The notes beneath the pieces were generated by a model. That model was not told the origin of the DNA. It ran no database searches and worked only from the letters and a program-made list of their open reading frames with translations. Positions 25,694 through 33,942 of a stretch of DNA of 64,000 nucleotides are shown in pieces. The first letter of the stretch is position 1. Each line of letters starts with the position of its first letter. The DNA lies in contig JADJHU010000018.1 in the NCBI GenBank assembly GCA_016707425.1, forward strand, positions 11,980-75,979, read 5' to 3'. The DNA is from Gammaproteobacteria bacterium (GTDB taxonomy: Bacteria; Pseudomonadota; Gammaproteobacteria; Steroidobacterales; Steroidobacteraceae). The translations under genes were made by a program, and so were the position numbers.

Positions 25694-26950
25694 ATGCCTC
25701 AGGCCATTCATATCGACGATCTGGCTGCACCGCGCCTGAGCGAGGTGCAGGCCGGGGCACTCGCCTGGGGCGAGACGGTCACGGTCGATTTCAGCGAGCA
25801 TGCCATCCTGGATGCTGCGCGCCAGCGTACCGGTCTCTCGGATTTCGGACCGGAGGATTTTCGGGAACGGCTGCGCGTGCTGCGTGAGGCCTGGGACGGC
25901 GATCCGGAGATCACGCGCTTCCATCGCACGGTGCTGCACGGATATCTGGGGCGCTATGCGGGCAATCGGCTCCTGATCCAGGATGCTCTGAAGCGGCATC
26001 CCGCGATCCTGAACGAGCGCATCGAGCGTCCCCTGATCGTCGTGGGCTTGCCGCGCTCCGGGACCACACATATGGTGAACCTGCTGGCGGCCGACCGCCG
26101 CCTGCACTCGCTGCCACTGTGGGAGTCCTACGAGCCTGTGCCGCTGCCGGGGGAGCCGGCGCCTGGCGACGAGACCGATCCGCGCTTCCGTCGCTGTGCC
26201 GAGGCTTGGGCGGGAATGCAGCAGGCAACCCCCCTCATCGCTTCGATGCACCCGATGAACCCCGAGCACATCCATGAAGAGCTCGAGCTCATGGGGCCGG
26301 ATTTCGCGTCCTACAACTTCGAGTGGCTCGGGCTGACGCCCCGGTGGCGGGATCACTATTTCGCGCACGACCAGACGCCGCACTATGAGTACATGAAGAA
26401 CGTGCTGCGCCTGCTGCAATGGCGCCGGGGAGAGCAGAAGCGCTGGGTGCTGAAATGCCCGCAGCATCTCGAGCAGCTGCCCGTGCTCATGAAGACCTTT
26501 CCCGATGCGACGGTGATCTTCACGCACCGCGACCCCGTGGCAGTGCTCCAGTCCACCGTTACCATGCAGGCCTATACGCAGCGCATGAATCGCCGGCATG
26601 TCGCGCTGCGCGCGCTGATCGACTACTGGAGCGACCGCATCGAGCGCCTGTTGCGCGCTTGCGTACGCGACCGCGATCTCGTGCCCGCGACGCGCAGCCT
26701 CGACTCTCCGTTTCATGTCTTCATGGCTGACCAGATGGGCACCATGGAGCGCGTCTATGCCACGGCCGGGCTCGAACTGGAGGCTCCGGCACGCGGGCAG
26801 CTCATGCGCTATGTGGCCGATCACCCGCGCGGCAAGGAAGGACAGGTGATCTACGATCTGCGCCGGGATTTCGGCGTCGATCCGGCTGCGCTACATGAGC
26901 GTTTCCGCTTCTACTTTGATCGCTTTCCAGTGAAGGCCGAGGTGCGCTGA
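25694..26950 (+). CDS. Sulfotransferase family protein (cytoplasmic, about 418 aa), copy 1
   Basis: Start trimmed to MPQAIHIDDL. PAPS 5'-phosphosulfate loop GLPRSGTTHM, and a THRDP 3'-phosphate-binding region. Paralogous to 41693..42952. Confidence 0.8.
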   Translation: MPQAIHIDDLAAPRLSEVQAGALAWGETVTVDFSEHAILDAARQRTGLSDFGPEDFRERLRVLREAWDGDPEITRFHRTVLHGYLGRYAGNRLLIQDALKRHPAILNERIERPLIVVGLPRSGTTHMVNLLAADRRLHSLPLWESYEPVPLPGEPAPGDETDPRFRRCAEAWAGMQQATPLIASMHPMNPEHIHEELELMGPDFASYNFEWLGLTPRWRDHYFAHDQTPHYEYMKNVLRLLQWRRGEQKRWVLKCPQHLEQLPVLMKTFPDATVIFTHRDPVAVLQSTVTMQAYTQRMNRRHVALRALIDYWSDRIERLLRACVRDRDLVPATRSLDSPFHVFMADQMGTMERVYATAGLELEAPARGQLMRYVADHPRGKEGQVIYDLRRDFGVDPAALHERFRFYFDRFPVKAEVR

Positions 26951-26967
26951 CTCCGGTCGCGGAGGAC

Positions 26968-27696
26968 TCAGGGCTGTGCGAAGCGCCCACGGCCGCAGAA
27001 GCGGTCGACAGCCTCTGCATCGGCCTTGCCGAAGGACTCGAGGTCGAGCGCTACGAAGTGCTGCTCCACCTCGAGACTCCGCTGTACGGCAGGGCGTGCC
27101 CCGATTTCAGTCAACCAGCGCTCGAGGGCAGGGTAGCGCACCGGCACGTCGTCCGATTGCAGCCACGGGAAGAACGCTCTGGCGGTGCGGATCCACGGAA
27201 AGGTCGCGACATCGGCGATCGAGTAGTCCGCGCCCCCAAGAAAGGGTGCCGCGGCGAGACGGGCCTCGAGCACCTTGAAGAGGCGTTTCGTCTCGCTCGC
27301 GTAGCGGTCTCGTCCGTAGTCATTGCCAGGCGGGGCAAAGCGGCAGAAATGCGAGTACTGGCCGAACATCGGGCCAATGGAGGCGATCTGCACCATGAGC
27401 CACTGCTCGACGACGGAACGAGCGGCAGGCGCAGCCGGCAGCAGGCGGCCCGTCTTTGCCGCGAGATACAGCAGGATCGCGCCGCTTTCGAATACCGTGA
27501 AGGGCCTGCCATCCGGGCCCTCGCCATCGACGATCACCGGCACCTTGTTGTTCGGATTCAGGCGGAGGAAGTCGGGGGCAAACTGTTCCCCCGTGGCCAC
27601 GTTCACGTGGTGGGTGCGATAGGGGAGACCGAGCTCCTCGAGCATGATCGTCACCTTGGTGACGTTGGGGCTGCACATGCCGTACAGGTCGATCAT
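26968..27696 (-). CDS. Nu-class glutathione S-transferase (YfcG-like)
   Basis: Start trimmed to MIDLYGMCSPNVTKVTIMLEELGL.... It is co-linear with my recollection of E. coli YfcG (MIDLY..., NPNNK-P-IVD, ESGAILLYLA). Confidence 0.85.
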   Translation of the reverse strand: MIDLYGMCSPNVTKVTIMLEELGLPYRTHHVNVATGEQFAPDFLRLNPNNKVPVIVDGEGPDGRPFTVFESGAILLYLAAKTGRLLPAAPAARSVVEQWLMVQIASIGPMFGQYSHFCRFAPPGNDYGRDRYASETKRLFKVLEARLAAAPFLGGADYSIADVATFPWIRTARAFFPWLQSDDVPVRYPALERWLTEIGARPAVQRSLEVEQHFVALDLESFGKADAEAVDRFCGRGRFAQP

Positions 27697-27738
27697 GGAC
27701 GTAATGTACACTGAACGCCTGGATGCGGGGGGCCATGT

Positions 27739-28176
27739 ATGGATCTCGAGACTCTGATCGCCGAGCGCGAAATTGCACACGCCATCTACGGCTTCGCGCG
27801 CGCGATGGATGAGCGCGACTGGGCGGCGCTCGACGACGTGCTCGTCGAGGAAGCGACGGCGGATCTCGGCGGAGGACCGGTGAGCGGCCGTGCGGCGATC
27901 ATCGCCTTCATGCGCAGTTTTCTCGACGGCTGCGGCCCCACGCAGCATCTGATCGGCAATCTCGTCGTGGAGGTGAGGGGTGAGCGGGCGACGAGCTGCT
28001 GCTACGTGAGCGACATGCACAAGGGGCTCGGCGACAGGGCGCATCTGACCTTCTCGACGCTCGGGGAATACCACGACAGCTGGGTACGCAGAGGCGGGCG
28101 ATGGTGGATGACCCATCGCCGCAAGCTCAACCGCGCGCATCTGGGCTCGATCGAGGTGCTGGGGCCGGGGCCCTGA
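27739..28176 (+). CDS. NTF2/SnoaL-like family protein
   Basis: 145 aa. REIAHAIYGFARAMDERDWAALDDVL...HLIGN pattern of SnoaL_4. Confidence 0.7.
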   Translation: MDLETLIAEREIAHAIYGFARAMDERDWAALDDVLVEEATADLGGGPVSGRAAIIAFMRSFLDGCGPTQHLIGNLVVEVRGERATSCCYVSDMHKGLGDRAHLTFSTLGEYHDSWVRRGGRWWMTHRRKLNRAHLGSIEVLGPGP

Positions 28177-28178
28177 CT

Positions 28179-28203
28179 GACTTCGGGCTCTTCAGGCGAA
28201 GTC
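28179..28203. terminator. Hairpin between convergent genes (weak terminator candidate)
   Basis: GACTTCG-(11 nt)-CGAAGTC lies between the stops at 28176 (+) and 28218 (-). Confidence 0.3.
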
Positions 28204-28217
28204 CGCGCTCGACGGTG

Positions 28218-29969
28218 CTACCTGCGTGGCGTGTACCAGATTGGTGAGGACCATGCACGCTCCTGGATGTGTGGGGCCGTGCCGGAGGGCGGTGGAACAC
28301 CATAACGCGTCGCGAGCAGCGTGGACCAACGCGGGGACGGCACTTCGAGCACACGCACGTAGTAGAGCGAGGCCTGGGCGGGATCGAATTCGGGGTCGCG
28401 CCAGAGTGCCTTCAGCTCGGCGGCACCGCGAGGGTCGCTGCCCTCCTTTCCGCTGACCACCCGCACATCGAAAATCCTCTCGCGGGCGGCACCCCGTTCG
28501 CTCCAGACCTTGATGATCTGCAGGCGCTCCAGCATCGCGCCGTAGGGGTCCTTGCGGGCCCAGACCAGGAACCGTGGACCGGTACCATCCGCGCGGCTCG
28601 GAGCCAGCTCGCCGCCCATCGGCACACCGCTGCCATATGCGACGCCCGCCCACTGCCTGCGATTCAGGATGTCATCCGGGAACGACCACCCGGCGAAGAA
28701 GCGGACCTGGATCTGCGTGCCGGAGGTGGCGAAGGTTTCCTTGCGGCGCAGCGCTGCATAGATGGCGGGTCGAGTGTTCTCTTCGGCCCACACACCTGTC
28801 AGAGCGCCGGAGCTCGTCTCGAGGCGTTGCACACTGCCAGAGCTCGTGTTGCCAGGCCGCAGGCGCGCAGCCGCAGCCTCGCGCGTGAACGCTTCAGCCG
28901 CCGGATCGATACCGATCATGTCGCCCGCATAGGCGTTCTCTGCTGCCGTGCTGACCCCATTGTGAAAATCCGTACCTCCCACGACACCGAAGCTGTAGGG
29001 ATTGATGCCGGTACGTTCAGCGATCACGAGGCCGCGGCCAAACGCCTCGCGCGCGTAACTGCCCGACACCTTGCCCACACGCTCGGAGGCGAGAAGATGA
29101 GCGAAGATCTCGAAATCCGCGAACGGATCCGCGCGGGAGAGCAATGGGTGTGTGTCGGACTGACCCTTGCTCTGGACGATCTCGGAGAGCGGCTCGTTGT
29201 CGACGCGGCTCCTGGCATACGCCGCGTCGATCGGCCTGCCGTCGCTGTCAGTCCAGTCATACATGAGGCCGTTGCTCGCGTTGGCGTTGTGCGGGATCGC
29301 CATCGCCTCGTGGCCCTGGGCGCGAATACGCTCCAGCCACGTCCACAGATCCTCCGGATGCTGCGACTCATACGACGAGAACGGCGCTGGAGGAGCGTGG
29401 TCACGGAAGATGACGTTCCGATGCAGGTTCTGCCCGTCAGGGTAGGAGGTCCATTCGAAGCCGATGAAGGTCGTGAACCGGCCTGGTTCGTAGGCGGCGT
29501 TTGCGGCGTCGATTTCCCGCTGCCACGAGTCGGCAAGGAACTGTCCGAGCGGTATGCCCGGGATCTGCCTGCCAGCCTTGATGAAGCTGACGATCGCGCT
29601 CCAGAAGGGGAATGGGCCCTTCTCGAGGTAGACCTTGCCGAGGTCGCTCCTGAATACGGGACTCCCGGGGTCTGCGAGCTGCGAAGAAAGCCCCAGATTC
29701 TCGACGTGATCCGTGATCGCGATGAAGTCCAGCGGCCGGTTCCGGCGAATCGTGCCCCCCATCCAGGATACCGGCTCCCCTCGGGCAAAGCGGTAGGCGT
29801 CCCCGGGGTCGAGAGTGCGGCCATTGAGAATGAAGGAGTCCAGGGAGAAGCTGGTGTGCAGGTGCAGGTCGCCGAAATAGACCTTGCGCGCTGGCGCCGG
29901 TCGTTCCTGCGCGACTCCGAGGCCGTGCAGCGCCATCACTGCGATGACTGCCAGTGCCGACCGCATCAT
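28218..29969 (-). CDS. DUF3604-family (PHP-like metal-dependent) exported protein
   Basis: Start trimmed to MMRSALAVIAVMALHGLGVAQ (signal peptide). VYFGDLHLHTSFSLDSF and ITDHVENLG are typical DUF3604 motifs. Confidence 0.75.
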   Translation of the reverse strand: MMRSALAVIAVMALHGLGVAQERPAPARKVYFGDLHLHTSFSLDSFILNGRTLDPGDAYRFARGEPVSWMGGTIRRNRPLDFIAITDHVENLGLSSQLADPGSPVFRSDLGKVYLEKGPFPFWSAIVSFIKAGRQIPGIPLGQFLADSWQREIDAANAAYEPGRFTTFIGFEWTSYPDGQNLHRNVIFRDHAPPAPFSSYESQHPEDLWTWLERIRAQGHEAMAIPHNANASNGLMYDWTDSDGRPIDAAYARSRVDNEPLSEIVQSKGQSDTHPLLSRADPFADFEIFAHLLASERVGKVSGSYAREAFGRGLVIAERTGINPYSFGVVGGTDFHNGVSTAAENAYAGDMIGIDPAAEAFTREAAAARLRPGNTSSGSVQRLETSSGALTGVWAEENTRPAIYAALRRKETFATSGTQIQVRFFAGWSFPDDILNRRQWAGVAYGSGVPMGGELAPSRADGTGPRFLVWARKDPYGAMLERLQIIKVWSERGAARERIFDVRVVSGKEGSDPRGAAELKALWRDPEFDPAQASLYYVRVLEVPSPRWSTLLATRYGVPPPSGTAPHIQERAWSSPIWYTPRR

Positions 29970-30589
29970 TGTCTGTGCCGCGCTCCCACGCGTCCTTGGC
30001 GAAGATCGTCCATGATACGGTCGACGATGCGGGCTCTGTAGCGCCGGTTGTAATAGGCCGGATCGACGAACATGTTCCACGCAACGCCGCCTGCCAGATG
30101 CAGCAGCATGTTCGCGGCCTGCAACGGCGCGACGGACGCGGGAATCTCGCGGCATTCGAGGGCCTGCCGCAAGTCCTCACAGAAGCGATCCCGTATTCCG
30201 GCCAGGCCTCCGCTCATATCCAGATGATCGTCCGGGTTCCCGAGCGTCATGCTCCAGAAGTGCACTCGCAGCTTCCAGTCCTGCACCGCGGCGGGTGTGA
30301 GAGGGATGAGGCAGCGCAGGCGCGCATGCGAGGCTGCGAGACCGCGCTTCCTGAGCGTGCACCGGCGCTCCTGCTCGATGAACCGTGCGTTCACCCACTG
30401 GAGCGTCTTGCGGAGGATGTCTTTTTTGTCCGCGAAGTGGTGCTCGACCACTCCCTTCGAAATGCCGCAGCGTTCGGCAATGGCTCGGATTGTCGCCCGT
30501 TCGGGACCGGATTCCCCGATGATCTCCGCGGCCACCTGGGCGATACGGTCCTGCCGGTTTCTCTCATACGTGCGTGGCATGCGGGGCAT
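29966..30589 (-). CDS. TetR/AcrR family transcriptional regulator
   Basis: Start trimmed to MPRMPRTYERNRQDRIAQVAAEIIGESGPERATIRAIAERCGISKGVVEHHFADKKDIL. The stop overlaps the DUF3604 start (ATGA). Confidence 0.85.
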   Translation of the reverse strand: MPRMPRTYERNRQDRIAQVAAEIIGESGPERATIRAIAERCGISKGVVEHHFADKKDILRKTLQWVNARFIEQERRCTLRKRGLAASHARLRCLIPLTPAAVQDWKLRVHFWSMTLGNPDDHLDMSGGLAGIRDRFCEDLRQALECREIPASVAPLQAANMLLHLAGGVAWNMFVDPAYYNRRYRARIVDRIMDDLRQGRVGARHRQ

Positions 30590-30604
30590 GGACACCGGGA
30601 AAAC

Positions 30605-30621
30605 GAATGCGTCTCGCATTC
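30605..30621. promoter_or_regulatory. 17-bp perfect palindrome, candidate TetR operator
   Basis: GAATGCG-TCT-CGCATTC starts 16 nt upstream of the TetR start codon, in the divergent intergenic region shared with the kinase operon. A second palindrome, GACAGCTGTC, lies at 30691-30700. Confidence 0.5.
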
Positions 30622-30773
30622 TAGGCCGTCCGGACGCCGCGCGGAACAGCAGGCAGCGTACTGCAACGGCTCCGTGGTCGGGATAATTAGGACAGCTGTC
30701 TTGTTTCGGACGCTCGTCTCGTCCAGAATCCCGCCACGTCTGAAGGGGGAGCAGGCGCGAGCGCCTGGAGAAC

Positions 30774-32150
30774 TTGCGGGTGTCGGCAATTCTGACCGAG
30801 GCGGATGTCTTCCCGTGGGCCGAGGCACGACTCGGAGGGCGGATTACTGCAGCCACGCGCCAGGGAGGACGCGAATCTGGAGGGCGACCGGGATGGTTCA
30901 TCACCGTCGAGCGGAGCGCGGGTCCCTCCCGGGCGTACATTCGCGGCGATCGCGGCGGCGACTTCGGCTATACGAAGGTCTACGGTCTGCAGCGTGAAGC
31001 GCGGATTCTGAAGCTCCTGCACGAGGAGGGCATTCCCGTTCCCGAGGTCCTGGCAGAGGGTTCGGACCCGAACGCCCTGATCCTGAGCTTCATCCAGGGA
31101 ACAAATGATTTCACGCTGATCGAGAGCCCTGCCGAGCGCGATCGCGTTGCGCGTGACTTCGCGCAGATCATGGCGCGGTGGCATGCGATTCCGGCGGAAA
31201 AATTCATGGAAATCGGTTTCGACCTGCCTCGTGCGCCAGCGGACTATGTGGTGAAGGATCTGGAAGTCTGGGAGAGCGGACATTTTCCGCTGCTGAAGGA
31301 GCCGGTTCCGCTCGTCACGTTTGCGTGTCTCTGGCTGCGACGCAATGTGCCCGAGCTGCCGGCACGGACAGTGCTCGTGCAGGGTGACACCGGGCCCGGC
31401 CAGTTTCTCTTCCGGGACGGCAAGGTGCAGGGCGTGATCGACTGGGAGCTTGCAACCCTCGGCGACCCCATGCGCGAGCTGGCGCACATCCGCACTCGGG
31501 ATGTCTGGTATCCCACCGGCAACCTCCCAAGGTGGTTCCAGTACTACAGTGAGTACTCCGGCGTGCCGCTCGACCTGCCGCGGATACGCTATTACTCGGT
31601 AATTGCCATGCTGACCACGGCGCTCGCCCTCGGGCCCGTCGTGCAGCGTCTGCATCCGCGCACCGACCATGCAGAATGGATCGCACAGGACATATGGTCC
31701 AAGCGCGCGACCGCAGAGGCGCTGGCCGAGGTCACGGGAACGGAGCTCGACCCGGTCGAACTCCCCACGGGGGACTCCCCGCACGTGTCGAGACTCTTCG
31801 ACGTGCTGGAGGAGAATCTGCGCGAGGAGCACCTCCCGCAGATCACCGACGGGTTCCAGCAGCACCGTGTGCGGATGCTGCTTCGGCTGGTGGCACACAT
31901 GCGTAATCTTGGTGAGATCGGTCGGGAAATCGAGGCGCTCGAGCTCGCCGACATGGCGAGCGTGCTCGGCCATGTCCCGAAGAATGTGCGCGCGGGGACG
32001 CGCGATCTCGAGCAGCTGGTTCGGCGCGCGGGTCCTGACCTTGATCAGACGCTGATCCAGTACTTTTACCGCCATTCACTTCGCGAGGGCGCGCTGATGC
32101 GCGGTGGAATGGGCCGGGCGGAGCACGCCCGCACTTCGCCGGTCACCTGA
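30774..32150 (+). CDS. Phosphotransferase (APH/choline-kinase-like) family protein
   Basis: 458 aa. Catalytic-loop region VLVQGDTGPGQFLF and IDWELATLGDP (DxD-type Mg site). The track start is a TTG at 30774; a GTG at 30780 follows GGAGA. Confidence 0.75.
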   Translation: MRVSAILTEADVFPWAEARLGGRITAATRQGGRESGGRPGWFITVERSAGPSRAYIRGDRGGDFGYTKVYGLQREARILKLLHEEGIPVPEVLAEGSDPNALILSFIQGTNDFTLIESPAERDRVARDFAQIMARWHAIPAEKFMEIGFDLPRAPADYVVKDLEVWESGHFPLLKEPVPLVTFACLWLRRNVPELPARTVLVQGDTGPGQFLFRDGKVQGVIDWELATLGDPMRELAHIRTRDVWYPTGNLPRWFQYYSEYSGVPLDLPRIRYYSVIAMLTTALALGPVVQRLHPRTDHAEWIAQDIWSKRATAEALAEVTGTELDPVELPTGDSPHVSRLFDVLEENLREEHLPQITDGFQQHRVRMLLRLVAHMRNLGEIGREIEALELADMASVLGHVPKNVRAGTRDLEQLVRRAGPDLDQTLIQYFYRHSLREGALMRGGMGRAEHARTSPVT

Positions 32151-32163
32151 GGGGAGAAGACTC

Positions 32164-32592
32164 GTGAATGTCGCTCAGGAAACCATCGTCGCGGGCTTTT
32201 TCGAGGCCATCGCGAACGCCGACCGCGAGACGATGCTTGCGCTCATGGACCCGGAAGCACAGTGGGTCGTCCCGAGAACGGCCGTCGCCCCCTATGCTGG
32301 CCGCCATCGAGGTGCGGCGAAAATCGTCGACATGATGCTGCAGGCGACGACGGCGACGTTCCTTCCGGGCACGGTCCGGCACCGCGTGCTGACGCAGATG
32401 AGCGACGCGAGTCGCGTGATGGCGGAAACGGAAATGGTGGCGCGGCAGACCGGCGGCTGCGAATACCGCAATTTCTATGTATTCATCTTCGAATTTCGGG
32501 ACGGCCGGATCTGCGAGATCCGGGAACACGTGGACACCGCCTACGCCATTCAGTTCTTTGGCGCAGGCCAGCAGGCGACGGAGGCACCATGA
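32164..32592 (+). CDS. NTF2/SnoaL-like (ketosteroid-isomerase-like) protein
   Basis: GTG at 32164 (VNVAQETIVAGFFEAIANADRETMLALMDPEAQW...). FIFEFRDGRICEIREHVD is the typical C-terminal strand pair. Confidence 0.7.
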   Translation: MNVAQETIVAGFFEAIANADRETMLALMDPEAQWVVPRTAVAPYAGRHRGAAKIVDMMLQATTATFLPGTVRHRVLTQMSDASRVMAETEMVARQTGGCEYRNFYVFIFEFRDGRICEIREHVDTAYAIQFFGAGQQATEAP

Positions 32593-33920
32593 ATATGGAT
32601 CGAAGAGGCCGCCCGGACGAGGCGGGGACAAATGCGACACCCACCACTTCCCGCCGGACCGTGCTCGAGGCCGGCGGCGTGCTGGGTGCACTGGCGGCCC
32701 TGGCAGGCGGGGCGTCGCCGGCGTTCGCGCAGGCGAGCGGGGGATCCTCGGACGCGCAGATGCTGAAGGCCTTCGACGCTTTCCTCGCGACGCTGCGGAG
32801 ATCGGCGGAGATCGGCTTCGCCCAGAGCGCGTCGCGCCGCCCCTACGATCGCGCGGCGGGGCTGCGGCACATTCTCGACAACCTCTCCCTCGGTCTGTCC
32901 TTCCTTCTGCACAACGCCGACGGGATGCATCCGGAACTGCTCCACTATTTCGATCCCCAGCGCAAGCAGGGTGGAGACAACCAGGATGCGCTCTACGTAG
33001 GCGCGAATCTCGATGGCTCCCAGACGTACCGCCTCCACGGTGATCGGGGCACCGCCCGATTCTTTGCGATCACGGTGGTCGAGAAGGGGCCGACCCCTTT
33101 TGGGGGGCGTTCGAGCGCCTATCTCTTCGGCCACGATATGAAGGTCGAGCCGGACGGCCGCTTCGAGGTGGTCCTGAGCCCCAGGCCTCATCCAGGCAAC
33201 TGGCTCGAACTCGGGCCGAACACACTGCGGGTCACGGTGCGACAGTTCTTCGCGGACTGGGAGAACGAGCGCCCGATGCGCGCCATGATCGAGCGGGTCG
33301 GTCCTCCGGTTCCGCCACCGCTGATCACGGCCGAGACGGTGATGGCGGCGCTCGAGTCCACCGGGGCCTGGATCGAGAGCACCGTGAGCTTCTGGCAGAA
33401 GATGATCGGAATCTTCGCCCGCAAGCCGAACACCTTCCAGCGGTGGCGTGACCTCGACACGACCAAGGTCGACGCGACGCCGGGCGGGGATCCCTGGAAC
33501 TGCTACTGGAGTGTGCCGGAGGACTCGGCGCTCATCGTGCGCGTGCGCCCGCCTCAGTGCAGGTTCTGGAATCTCGAGTTCAACAACCCCTGGTGGGAGA
33601 CCCACGACTACCGGTACCGGCTCTCCGGCACGAACGTGCATCACGCGGTGCTCGAGGAGGATGGGGAACTCATCGCCGTTGTCGCACATGACGACCCGGG
33701 TCTTCCGAACTGGCTCGATCCCGGCGGCTTCACGGAAGGAATGATGGGCATGCGCTGGATGTTCGCCGACACCAGACCTCAGCCGCAGTGCACGCTGGTG
33801 AAGCGCTCGGCGCTCGAGGGGGCATTGCCCGGGAAGATCAGGCGAATCACGCCCGAGCAGCGGCAGGGGCAGCTCGCGGCACGCCACCGCGGGATCTACA
33901 ACCGCTTCGGCTGGATGTGA
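32589..33920 (+). CDS. Unplaced family protein DUFx-1 (Tat-exported)
   Basis: ATGA overlap with the upstream NTF2 gene. Twin-arginine leader TSRRTVLEAGGVLGALAALAGGASPAFAQ. Paralogous to 36161, 40485 and 51519. Confidence 0.75.
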   Translation: MNMDRRGRPDEAGTNATPTTSRRTVLEAGGVLGALAALAGGASPAFAQASGGSSDAQMLKAFDAFLATLRRSAEIGFAQSASRRPYDRAAGLRHILDNLSLGLSFLLHNADGMHPELLHYFDPQRKQGGDNQDALYVGANLDGSQTYRLHGDRGTARFFAITVVEKGPTPFGGRSSAYLFGHDMKVEPDGRFEVVLSPRPHPGNWLELGPNTLRVTVRQFFADWENERPMRAMIERVGPPVPPPLITAETVMAALESTGAWIESTVSFWQKMIGIFARKPNTFQRWRDLDTTKVDATPGGDPWNCYWSVPEDSALIVRVRPPQCRFWNLEFNNPWWETHDYRYRLSGTNVHHAVLEEDGELIAVVAHDDPGLPNWLDPGGFTEGMMGMRWMFADTRPQPQCTLVKRSALEGALPGKIRRITPEQRQGQLAARHRGIYNRFGWM

Positions 33921-33942
33921 TGCAACTCCGACAGACAGGAAT

